DNA of 64,000 nucleotides from an uncultured Anaerolineae bacterium. Lineage in GTDB: Bacteria; Chloroflexota; Anaerolineae; Fen-1058. This document shows, one piece after another, positions 37,903 through 46,027 of this stretch. The translations under genes were made by a program, and so were the position numbers. The stretch spans positions 11,837 through 75,836 of the forward strand of contig CAZYXV010000019.1 in NCBI GenBank assembly GCA_964651475.1, given 5' to 3'. Position 1 is the first letter of the stretch. Every line of letters begins with the position of its first letter. The notes beneath the pieces are model-generated. The model was not told the origin of the DNA. It made no database searches and worked only from the letters and a program-made list of their open reading frames with translations.

Positions 37903-38376
37903 ATGGTCTTTTCTCTTGCCCCCGGACATCGCGTTGACCTTGTTGCCGCTATTAACACTGTGTGCAGCGAGAGCCCGTATATGGCAACCACACGCTTTGA
38001 GCCTACGCCGGCCTGGATGCATGCGCTAGATACACCTGATTGTCAATGTCATTGTATCCTGACGATTCAAGACACCGGTCGTATTATTGGCTGGTGTCGA
38101 ATGTTTCCGGCCAATCGCAATGAGGCGCTGTCGCAGGTGGAACTGGGCGTCGGCTTGCTTGCGCCGTACCGCTTGTGTGGGTTGGGGACATTGCTTGTCA
38201 GACAAGCGTTAGGCTGGGCCAGTCAAACCGGTTACGAGACGGCCATACTGCAAGTCCATCCAGATAATGCTGTAGCGCGTCATGTATTTGAACGTTGTGG
38301 GTTTGAATACGATGGCATGGTAGGTGGGCTGATGACGATGATTCGTCACCTGCGCCATGAGGAGCAATATTTGTGA
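37903..38376 (+). CDS. GNAT-family N-acetyltransferase
   Basis: Acetyl-CoA-binding motif region LCGLGTLLVRQALGWA; ATG 2 nt after the NB-ARC gene stop; stop overlaps the GTG of the next gene. Confidence 0.55.
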   Translation: MVFSLAPGHRVDLVAAINTVCSESPYMATTRFEPTPAWMHALDTPDCQCHCILTIQDTGRIIGWCRMFPANRNEALSQVELGVGLLAPYRLCGLGTLLVRQALGWASQTGYETAILQVHPDNAVARHVFERCGFEYDGMVGGLMTMIRHLRHEEQYL

Positions 38377-39845
38377 ACAGCTTGACAGAACAAGTTCCAC
38401 GAGTACTATGGGGTTTAGCTGGCGAGTGGGTAGAGCAAGATTGTGCATGCGCTGAAAACATACCGCACCTGTGGCGAATGCCGCCCGGCATCTCCAGCGA
38501 AACGGATTGCGCCTGCGCCGAACCGCTTTTGTCGCCCGCCCCCCCCACTTCATTAATGGCAACTGCCTGGCGCATTGCACCGGAGATCTATCGCGCCCCA
38601 TTGCCAGACATGCACGAACTAGTCTTTGCTTCTACCGGTCAGGCTGGCCTGATCATTCTTAACCAACCCGCCCGCGCTATCCTGAATGCTTACCGCCAAC
38701 CTCACACTCTAACCAACGACACAGCCCGCCAATTGGCACCACTTGGGTTACTCGTTACAACCTATCACCCTCAGTCCCCAGTCCCCAATCCCCAATCCAC
38801 CCTCACCGCCTGGCTACATATTACCAACGCCTGTAACCTAAACTGTGATTACTGCTACGTAAAAAAATCAAGCACGGCAATGACCCAAGAGGTAGGCTGC
38901 GCTGCCATTGACGCTGTCATCCGTTCAGCGCAGGTCAATGGCTACCAGGCTATCAAGCTCAAGTACGCCGGCGGCGAACCCACGCTGCATCCAGCGTTGG
39001 TCAATCGCCTGCACAACTATGCCGTTGATCGAGCCAACCACGCCAAGCTGAAATTGCGCGAAACGCTGCTGTCCAACGGCGTAGCAGTGACCGACGAATT
39101 GCTCGCCTGGCTGCGCGACGAGAACATGCGCGTAATGATCTCAATAGATGGGCTGGGCCAGGCGCACGACAAACAGCGCCATTTTGCCGATGGGCGCGGC
39201 ACAGCGTCGTTGGTATGCAATACTATTGAGCGCGCGCTGCGGTTGGGGCTAAAACCCTATCTATCCATCACCATCAGCGCAGATAACGCGCACGGGCTAT
39301 CCTCAACAGTTGCTTTTGCATTGGAACGCGGTGTGCCTTTTAATCTCAATTTTGTCCGGGCGGCTGGAGGCATTACAAACTCGCGTAAAATCATTGCCGG
39401 CGTGCGCGCGGCGTTTGAGGTAATAGAGAACAACCTGCCGCCTTATCCGCTGACCGGCATCCTCGACCGCGCCAATTTTGCCGCGCCGCACCCCTATACC
39501 TGTGGCGCCGGGCGCGATTACCTGGTGATTGACCCGGCCGGCAAAGTGGCGCGCTGCCAAATGGAACTTGAGCAGGCTGTGACTGATGTCTGGGCTGATA
39601 ATCCACTGCTTGCTGTGCGCGCTGCGCCAACTGGCTTTCAGGCAGTAACCGTAGATGAAAAAGAAAACTGCCGCGCTTGCCTGTGGCGCTATGCTTGCGG
39701 CGGGGGTTGCCCGCTTTTGACGCACCAGGCCACCGGTCACAATCAAGCCCCATCACCCTATTGCGAGGTGTACCAGGCGCTCTATCCTGATCTCTTGCGC
39801 CTGGAAGGATTGCGGCTGCTCAAGTGGGGAAAGCAGGCAGCATAA
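38373..39845 (+). CDS. Radical SAM / SPASM-domain enzyme (peptide-modifying maturase-like) with ~150-aa N-terminal extension containing two DCACAE motifs
   Basis: CNLNCDYCY (CxxxCxxC radical-SAM cluster motif); C-terminal CRACLWRYACGGGCP (SPASM auxiliary cluster Cys); N-term ...EQDCACAENIP...ETDCACAEPLL. Confidence 0.8.
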   Translation: MNSLTEQVPRVLWGLAGEWVEQDCACAENIPHLWRMPPGISSETDCACAEPLLSPAPPTSLMATAWRIAPEIYRAPLPDMHELVFASTGQAGLIILNQPARAILNAYRQPHTLTNDTARQLAPLGLLVTTYHPQSPVPNPQSTLTAWLHITNACNLNCDYCYVKKSSTAMTQEVGCAAIDAVIRSAQVNGYQAIKLKYAGGEPTLHPALVNRLHNYAVDRANHAKLKLRETLLSNGVAVTDELLAWLRDENMRVMISIDGLGQAHDKQRHFADGRGTASLVCNTIERALRLGLKPYLSITISADNAHGLSSTVAFALERGVPFNLNFVRAAGGITNSRKIIAGVRAAFEVIENNLPPYPLTGILDRANFAAPHPYTCGAGRDYLVIDPAGKVARCQMELEQAVTDVWADNPLLAVRAAPTGFQAVTVDEKENCRACLWRYACGGGCPLLTHQATGHNQAPSPYCEVYQALYPDLLRLEGLRLLKWGKQAA

Positions 39846-39867
39846 CAGCATCAACTCCGGCTCTAAA

Positions 39868-39904
39868 CGAGGGAGAAGGTTACAAGCCTTCTCCCTCGTT
39901 TTTT
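39868..39904 (+). terminator. Rho-independent terminator after the radical SAM gene
   Basis: ACGAGGGAGAAGG-ttacaag-CCTTCTCCCTCGT followed by TTTTTT. Confidence 0.7.
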
Positions 39905-40094
39905 GCGTGAGATTGTTGTGAGATGGTAGTAAGAAAAGAGCCAGAAAGTAGCAACCCGCTCGCAAACACTTTTTCAGATTATTGTACGACTCTTGCAAGA
40001 GCTGGCACGCTATTTAGCAGTATGATGTAGGCAGGATAAACAATCAACATTCTTGTGATAAAAGAAAGCAACTGGCACAGAAAGGAAGGTTAAT

Positions 40095-40214
40095 ATGGGA
40101 GAAATAATTCAAGCAATTCCTGTCATCATCATAGCGTTACCGTTTCTGCTTGTGCTTACACGAATGCTCACCGCATCCCATGACGATGGTGACGGCTGGG
40201 GGCAGTGGTCTTAG
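40095..40214 (+). CDS. Short (39 aa) hydrophobic peptide ORF with acidic Gly/Trp-rich tail (small membrane protein or possible precursor peptide)
   Basis: RBS GGAAGG 5 nt before ATG; MGEIIQAIPVIIIALPFLLVLTRMLTASHDDGDGWGQWS; below the ORF-track size cutoff. Confidence 0.3.
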   Translation: MGEIIQAIPVIIIALPFLLVLTRMLTASHDDGDGWGQWS

Positions 40215-40258
40215 CCGAGGTGTAAGCACCCGGCTCCAGGCTCGAGGGGAGACGAAAA

Positions 40259-40777
40259 ATGTCCAACAACTCTTTGCCCTGCTGCGTTGTCTTGATAGAC
40301 GTCAAAAACATTTCGCCCAACATAATAGGTGGGCTGATGCGGCAGTTGAAGTCGAGATACACCATTACTCAAGCCATTGGCTTTGCCGATTTTGGCCAGC
40401 CAGAGATTTCTAACACCAAAGCAGCGCTACGGCGGCTGGGTATCACGCTCCGCCACGTCCCGAGTCTGCAATCTGGGCGCTTTCGTAAAAGCCTGGTGGA
40501 TCAGACGTTAATGATTGAAATGATGATGATCCACGCTCACTGTCGCAATCAAATTGATGCTTACGTGCTCGTTTCCGGCGATGGGCATTTTGTGCCGATG
40601 GTGCAGGCGCTGCGTAGAGATGGCAAGCGTGTGATTGTAGCCGCGCCGCGACAATCGTCCAGCCGTGCACTACGCAGGGTGGCCAGTCAGTTTTTTACAG
40701 TGCGGATGCACGCGCGCAAGTCATCGGCCTCAACTACACTGCCTGGAATCGCACCGAGAACAGAGAGGCCGCAATGA
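40259..40777 (+). CDS. NYN-domain (LabA/PIN-like nuclease fold) protein
   Basis: DAYVLVSGDGHFVPMV matches the conserved NYN hh-SGDGDF-xPL motif; RBS GAGGGGAG before the ATG. Confidence 0.6.
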   Translation: MSNNSLPCCVVLIDVKNISPNIIGGLMRQLKSRYTITQAIGFADFGQPEISNTKAALRRLGITLRHVPSLQSGRFRKSLVDQTLMIEMMMIHAHCRNQIDAYVLVSGDGHFVPMVQALRRDGKRVIVAAPRQSSSRALRRVASQFFTVRMHARKSSASTTLPGIAPRTERPQ

Positions 40778-40854
40778 TTGCTCTGGTCATCATTGGCACG
40801 GTCAATTTGATAGCACTATTTGTGTTGGCGTTGCACCAACCAGTTGCACGATAA
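40774..40854 (+). CDS. Short (26 aa) hydrophobic peptide ORF, ATGA-coupled to the NYN gene stop
   Basis: MIALVIIGTVNLIALFVLALHQPVAR; start overlaps the NYN stop (caATGAtt). Confidence 0.2.
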   Translation: MIALVIIGTVNLIALFVLALHQPVAR

Positions 40855-40868
40855 GAGGAGGTGTATAA

Positions 40869-40967
40869 ATGAAACGACAAATTACCATTCATGATCTATT
40901 GGTGATCTTGTTGCTGCCACCCTTGCTAATATTGACCGAAATAATCAAACTGATAGGCGGGCCTTGA
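40869..40967 (+). CDS. Short (32 aa) hydrophobic peptide ORF
   Basis: Strong RBS AAGAGGAGG 7 nt before ATG; MKRQITIHDLLVILLLPPLLILTEIIKLIGGP. Confidence 0.3.
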   Translation: MKRQITIHDLLVILLLPPLLILTEIIKLIGGP

Positions 40968-41089
40968 ATTTTTTCTCGGGCGAAGCAAGCTATTGGTTTT
41001 TGCAAAAACTACTTGCTTCGCCCGGAATGATAGATCTGCGATCTTGGATATTTGTTCCAACATTTGAATTTATCGAAAGGACGTATCTG

Positions 41090-41227
41090 ATGTTCACTTA
41101 TATTTTCTTGCTGATCACAGTACCTCTCATAGTTGCTTTGGGAACAGGCATAAACCACACAGTGGCAGATTACAGACGGCGGCGCATTTACGCCCAACGG
41201 CTCAGGCAAGTGCTGGCGCAAAATTAA
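41090..41227 (+). CDS. Short (45 aa) single-TM peptide with Arg-rich C-terminus
   Basis: RBS AAAGGA 7 nt before the ATG; MFTYIFLLITVPLIVALGTGINHTVADYRRRRIYAQRLRQVLAQN (internal start within the 40964..41227 track ORF). Confidence 0.25.
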   Translation: MFTYIFLLITVPLIVALGTGINHTVADYRRRRIYAQRLRQVLAQN

Positions 41228-41502
41228 ACAGCCAAATGAATCTCTGATGTGCAACCCGCTCGCTCGAAATCGTCGTGTAGCGCAACCTGTTGACCATCCA
41301 CGAAAAGCGCGAGTTCATTGATCCGCGCAGCGCCCCGCCGGATTTGGAAGAGGCGGAGAGACGCACGCGAAAAGAGATCGCGGACATTGAGGCGCGATTG
41401 GCAAAATTGGGGTAGAATATAGCTAGAAAATTGCCAGTGCAAAATACCGCCGCAACCAGTGCGCGGAAAGTCGCAAGCTACACTTTTTAAAGGAGGAAAA
41501 GC

Positions 41503-41715
41503 ATGGACGAGTTAATCAAGCTGGTTGTAAACAAGACCGGGCTGCCGGAAGCGACGGCCCAAAAGGCCGTAGAGGTTGTGATTGGCTATTTGAAGAAAAA
41601 GCTGCCCGCGCCCATTGGCGCGCAGATTGATGCGCTGCTGGCCAGCGGCCAGGCAGCCCAGGGCGTTGAAAGCGCGGCGCAGGCATTGGGTGGGCTGTTG
41701 GGCAAAAAGAAATAG
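41503..41715 (+). CDS. Small (70 aa) helical hypothetical protein
   Basis: Strong RBS AAAGGAGGAAAAGC-ATG; MDELIKLVVNKTGLPEATAQKAVEVV... resembles an HU-like N-terminal helix pair but lacks the beta arms. Confidence 0.4.
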   Translation: MDELIKLVVNKTGLPEATAQKAVEVVIGYLKKKLPAPIGAQIDALLASGQAAQGVESAAQALGGLLGKKK

Positions 41716-41744
41716 CCGCTCGCCGCGCACACTGCACATCGGGG

Positions 41745-42893
41745 CTAAAGACTCCCGGCATCTTGCGAGACGCCGGGAACGAGTCCTTGGGCCGCCCGGT
41801 ACATTGCCACAATGTTTTCCGGCGGCGTATCGGGCTGAAAATTGTGCGCCGGGGCCAGGATATAGCCCCCGCCCGGCGACAGTATTTCCAGGACGCGCCG
41901 CACGTTTGCCCTCACCTCTTCTGGCGCGCCGCGCGGCAGGGTACGTTGTTCGTCAATGCCGCCGTGGAAGCATAGCCGCGCGCCAAAGTCGCGCTTGAGC
42001 GCGGAGGGATCCATGCCGGCGGCGTGCGGTTGAATGGGGTTGAGCACATCCAGTCCGATCTCGATCAAATCCTCGATGAAGGGCCTGACGCCGCCGCAGG
42101 TGTGCATAAAAATCTTGGCGCTGGTGCGCGCCTTGATTTCGGCGAACAATTGGCGATGCAGCGGTTTGATCAGCTCGCGGTACAGCGCGGGCGAAAGCAT
42201 CGGCCCGGTCTGAATGCCCAGGTCGTCGGCAGTTTCGACCATTTGCACATACGGGCCAACGGCATTCAGCATCACCTCGTATTGGCCGCAAATCACTTCA
42301 AAGACCTTGTGCAATAACCTGTCGGCAAAGCGCTTGTTACGTTTGAGGTCGCCCAAAAAGGCGGCAAAGCCGCGCAGGTACAGGGCCGTCTCGAATACGC
42401 CGCCGGGCAGGTGCGCCACCAGTGCGTAATCGCTTTGCTCGTACAGTTGGCGGGCCTGTTCGGCCAGGCCAGCCACCCGCGCGGGGTCAAAGGGATCAGG
42501 CCAGGCAAAGCGGCCCAAATCGGCTTCGTGGGCCTCTGCTAAGGGGTGCGCCACCATCACCGCATAGTGTCCCACCTTCTTTTGACGCAGCCCCCACTCG
42601 TCGGCCCAACTGCCATCGTCAAAGTGCGGCGAAACAAAATCGGATGGAGGGCGCAAGCGCACGCGGCGAAAATCAATCTCGAGCGCCCGCAGCACGCGCT
42701 CGTCCAGGTCAAGCATAACAAAAATGGGGCTGATCGTTTCACCGCCATCGCCCTGAAGGCCCAGGTGCGCTTTGAGCGGCCAGTAAGCGCCTTCCATCAG
42801 GCTGGCTACGCTGCCGCCCATATCCTGCGGGGGCCTATCGGGCTGTTGGTGATCGAGCGCCGTGACAACACGTTGGCGTGGGGTTAATCTCAT
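41745..42893 (-). CDS. Uroporphyrinogen decarboxylase (URO-D) family protein (URO-D/MtaA-like)
   Basis: N-terminal RQRVVTALDHQQPDRPP (URO-D family signature region); ~380 aa, TIM-barrel-size. Confidence 0.65.
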   Translation of the reverse strand: MRLTPRQRVVTALDHQQPDRPPQDMGGSVASLMEGAYWPLKAHLGLQGDGGETISPIFVMLDLDERVLRALEIDFRRVRLRPPSDFVSPHFDDGSWADEWGLRQKKVGHYAVMVAHPLAEAHEADLGRFAWPDPFDPARVAGLAEQARQLYEQSDYALVAHLPGGVFETALYLRGFAAFLGDLKRNKRFADRLLHKVFEVICGQYEVMLNAVGPYVQMVETADDLGIQTGPMLSPALYRELIKPLHRQLFAEIKARTSAKIFMHTCGGVRPFIEDLIEIGLDVLNPIQPHAAGMDPSALKRDFGARLCFHGGIDEQRTLPRGAPEEVRANVRRVLEILSPGGGYILAPAHNFQPDTPPENIVAMYRAAQGLVPGVSQDAGSL

Positions 42894-42931
42894 GGTATGG
42901 AACTACTTGTGGGAATCCCGGTACAGCAGCG

Positions 42932-45928
42932 TCACTCTTTCTTTTTGATTCCGATAAAGACCTGCACCTTGTTGCTTTCGACCACGTTGCCGGCCTTGTC
43001 GTACACCTTGACCCACAGCGAGTGCTTGCCGGCCTTGCCGCCGCTATCCAGCAGCCACTTGTCGTGGAAAGGCGCCACCCGCCGCACGGTAAACGGTTTT
43101 TCTTCCTGGTCAACGTAAAACTCGACGCGATCAATGCCAAAATTATCCGAGACTTCGGCGTTGACGTTGACCCACTCGTCTTTCCCCAACACGTACTCTT
43201 CGTCCGGCAGGGGATAGTTCAGCTCGACCTTGGGCGGCGTGTTGTCTACCGTCACCTGCACGGTGAATTGCTGCACACTTTGATCGTGACGGATGACGCT
43301 CAATTGCAGGCTGTACAAACCGTCCAGGCCATTCGTATCCCAAAACTCGAGCACGTTATTATCCACCTGGTTGCCGTGATCCGGTCCAATCTGCACCCAC
43401 TCGGACGGATTCATCCCTTTGCCAAAAGCCACGCGATACATGTTAAAGTCGCCGCCGCGCGCGTTGCCGCGTATCTCGATGGCGCCGTGAATGGCGCTGT
43501 AGGCGGTTGGGCTAATGATGCCCACGTCCCCCACCTCCGGCGCGCCGCCGTAGATCGTATCATATTCTGAGGGCGGCTGCGGGATCTCGGACTCGCGCAC
43601 CCAGTCGGCGGCCTCGGGCGGATATATCTCGAACACCTTTTCTTCAACGCGGTCAGGCGGGGTGAACACTGTGGCCAGCTTGCCCGTCTCGCGGTCAATC
43701 AAAAACGCCTGGTGGATAGTGTCGTACGCCTTGGGTTCAGTGCCGGGAATAAATAGCTCGGTCACGGTGGGACAGTACTTGGTAGGCAGCAAGCCGGATA
43801 TGGCGCACACCGACTGCGTCACCAATCCCTCGGGCCGCGCAAACTGCTCGACGGCCAGGTCCCGGTGCACATACAGCATAACGTCGTGCCAGATGGGCGC
43901 CGCGCCGTCGCGGCCAGAGACGTTTTTCATCTCCGAATTATCCGTATTGCCGACCCAGACCGCCGTGACGTATTGCGGCGTATAGCCGATGGTCCAGTTA
44001 TCGCGAAAGTCGTTCGTTGTCCCCGTCTTGACGGCCGCCGGGCGATCAATCTCCAGGGGATTGGGATTGCCAAAGGCGGCCCATCGCGCCGCGTTATCAG
44101 ACAACATGCTGTTCATGATATACGCCAGGCGAGGATCGAGGATAGACTGTGTACCCGGCTGCTTGTATTCCCACAACACTTTGCCGGAGCGATCCTCAAC
44201 GCGCAGCACGGGCGACGGTTCCAACGCACGGTAGCCTGGGCGCAGTTGGTCGGGAAGCACATCCACCCCTACCATCGTCCCGCCGTTTGCCAGCACGCCA
44301 AAGGAATACGCCATGTCAATCACCTTGACCTCGCCCCCGCCCAACGTCAACGCCAGGCCATAATAATCCAGCCCGCGATTGAGCGTAGTGATGCCCATCT
44401 TGTGCGCCGTGCGGATCACGTTCTCGATGCCCGCCATTTGCAGCGCCTTGACGGCCGGGATGTTATAGCTGCGCGCCAGGGCCATGCGCATGCGCTGCAT
44501 GCCATGATACTTGCGGTCGTAATTTTCGGGCACATAAGGCGCCTGGCCAGGCTGCTCGAAACCGGTGCGCACGTCCAAAAACGCCGTCGAGGCCGGATAG
44601 CCCTGCGCCAGCAAGGTGAGATACGTAAAGGGCTTGAACGAACTGCCCGGCTGGCGCAGGCCAATCGCCACGTTAAACTTGCCATCTATGGCGTCGTTCC
44701 AATAATCCACACTGCCGAGCATGGCCACAATTTCGCCCGTGCGGGGTCGAATGACGACGACGGCGGCATTGTTGACATTGTGCCCCCCATCGTTGAGCTT
44801 TTGAACGTGAGCGGCGGCAATGCGCTGCACCTCGTCGTTCAGGTCGAGATCGAGCGTGGTATACACGCGCAGGCCGCCGCGATACACGGCGTCTGGGCCA
44901 AAGCGATCTTCCAACCACTTGCGCACGTAAATCGAAAAGTGCGGCGCTTTGATGTCAAAGCGTTCCGCCACGCCGCCGGCCAGTTTCAACTCCCGGTACT
45001 TGGTCGCAACGGACTCTTCAGGCGTGATGTACCCTTCGCGCACCAATGCGTCCAACACCAACGCCTGGCGCTCTTTGGCCTCTTGCGGCGCGTCAATTGG
45101 ATTCATGCCGGGGAACTGGGGAATGGCCGCCAGCATGGAACATTCGGCCAGGTCTAGTTGATCAACGTTTTTGCCAAAGTACACCTGCGCCGCCGCTTCC
45201 AATCCGTACGCCAGGTTGCCATAGTGGTTCGTATTGAGATACCACTCCAGGATTTGATCTTTGCTGTAGCGGCGGCTGATCTCCATTGCCAGGAGCGCCT
45301 CTTTGATCTTGCGCGTATAGCTCTTTTGGTAACGCTCTTCGGGATCAATCAACGTGTTCTTGATGAGCTGGACGGTGATGGACGAGCCGCCCTGAACAGA
45401 GCCTCCCTGCAAATTGGACCAGAAAGCGCGGGCGATACCTCTGAGGTCTATGCCGGGATTCGCGTAAAAGCTCTTGTCTTCGAGCGCTATCGTCGCCTGC
45501 TGGCACAACAACGGAATGCGGTCGAGCGTGGCCCACTGCCGGTCGCCGGTGCGCGGATCAATCACTTCGTACAACAGCGTCTTGCCCGTCCGGTCATAGA
45601 TTTTCGTCGTTTCAAAAAACTCGCTAGAGGTAGACTGTTGGAAGCGCGTTTCCAACTGGCCGGGATCGGGCAAGTCTTTGGTAAGGTTGAGATAAGCGGC
45701 GACTGTGCCGCCGGCTGCCGCTACCAGGCCGGTGAACGAAGCTGCAATCGTCGCCAAGACGACGACGATCATTAACCGCGCGAGAATCATCACTGTCCCG
45801 CCGCCCTGCGCGCTGCGGCCGCGGCGCGCGCGGCGCGTGTGAACAATGTGCTTCTTGTAATGTGTATTCCAACTTGACACGACAACCTCTTCTCGAACAG
45901 ATGCTCTATTAGCTTGTGCAACAGCCAA
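42932..45928 (-). CDS. Class A penicillin-binding protein (PBP1A-type glycosyltransferase plus transpeptidase) with C-terminal Ig/fibronectin-like domains
   Basis: N-terminal TM; GT51 motif ALEDKSFYANPGID; transpeptidase SSFK, KTGTT. Confidence 0.85.
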   Translation of the reverse strand: MAVAQANRASVREEVVVSSWNTHYKKHIVHTRRARRGRSAQGGGTVMILARLMIVVVLATIAASFTGLVAAAGGTVAAYLNLTKDLPDPGQLETRFQQSTSSEFFETTKIYDRTGKTLLYEVIDPRTGDRQWATLDRIPLLCQQATIALEDKSFYANPGIDLRGIARAFWSNLQGGSVQGGSSITVQLIKNTLIDPEERYQKSYTRKIKEALLAMEISRRYSKDQILEWYLNTNHYGNLAYGLEAAAQVYFGKNVDQLDLAECSMLAAIPQFPGMNPIDAPQEAKERQALVLDALVREGYITPEESVATKYRELKLAGGVAERFDIKAPHFSIYVRKWLEDRFGPDAVYRGGLRVYTTLDLDLNDEVQRIAAAHVQKLNDGGHNVNNAAVVVIRPRTGEIVAMLGSVDYWNDAIDGKFNVAIGLRQPGSSFKPFTYLTLLAQGYPASTAFLDVRTGFEQPGQAPYVPENYDRKYHGMQRMRMALARSYNIPAVKALQMAGIENVIRTAHKMGITTLNRGLDYYGLALTLGGGEVKVIDMAYSFGVLANGGTMVGVDVLPDQLRPGYRALEPSPVLRVEDRSGKVLWEYKQPGTQSILDPRLAYIMNSMLSDNAARWAAFGNPNPLEIDRPAAVKTGTTNDFRDNWTIGYTPQYVTAVWVGNTDNSEMKNVSGRDGAAPIWHDVMLYVHRDLAVEQFARPEGLVTQSVCAISGLLPTKYCPTVTELFIPGTEPKAYDTIHQAFLIDRETGKLATVFTPPDRVEEKVFEIYPPEAADWVRESEIPQPPSEYDTIYGGAPEVGDVGIISPTAYSAIHGAIEIRGNARGGDFNMYRVAFGKGMNPSEWVQIGPDHGNQVDNNVLEFWDTNGLDGLYSLQLSVIRHDQSVQQFTVQVTVDNTPPKVELNYPLPDEEYVLGKDEWVNVNAEVSDNFGIDRVEFYVDQEEKPFTVRRVAPFHDKWLLDSGGKAGKHSLWVKVYDKAGNVVESNKVQVFIGIKKKE

Positions 45929-46027
45929 CCAAACCGCAGCCGTATCATACCATAGGGCGCTCTATTGCGCCACCAAACAAAAGGTCCCTTGCGGATTGCA
46001 AGGGACCTGGCATCAACATAGATGTCG

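Larger units (their letters stand above)
29620..41750. other. Compositionally distinct (lower-GC, ~45-55%) ~12-kb island, probably horizontally acquired
   Basis: Visibly AT-richer codon usage than the flanking ~65% GC genes; bounded by direct repeats on the left and the high-GC URO-D gene on the right; no integrase or tRNA seen. Confidence 0.5.

Noticed and set aside
40150-40413. 87-aa ORF overlapping the NYN gene in another frame
   Set aside because: It overlaps both the 39-aa mini-ORF and the NYN CDS; it has no RBS and a His/Arg-rich composition typical of an off-frame artefact.
41230-41415. Start-less reading frame ending ...EAERRTRKEIADIEARLAKLG*
   Set aside because: No ATG/GTG with RBS; possibly a gene remnant inside the island, but too weak to call.
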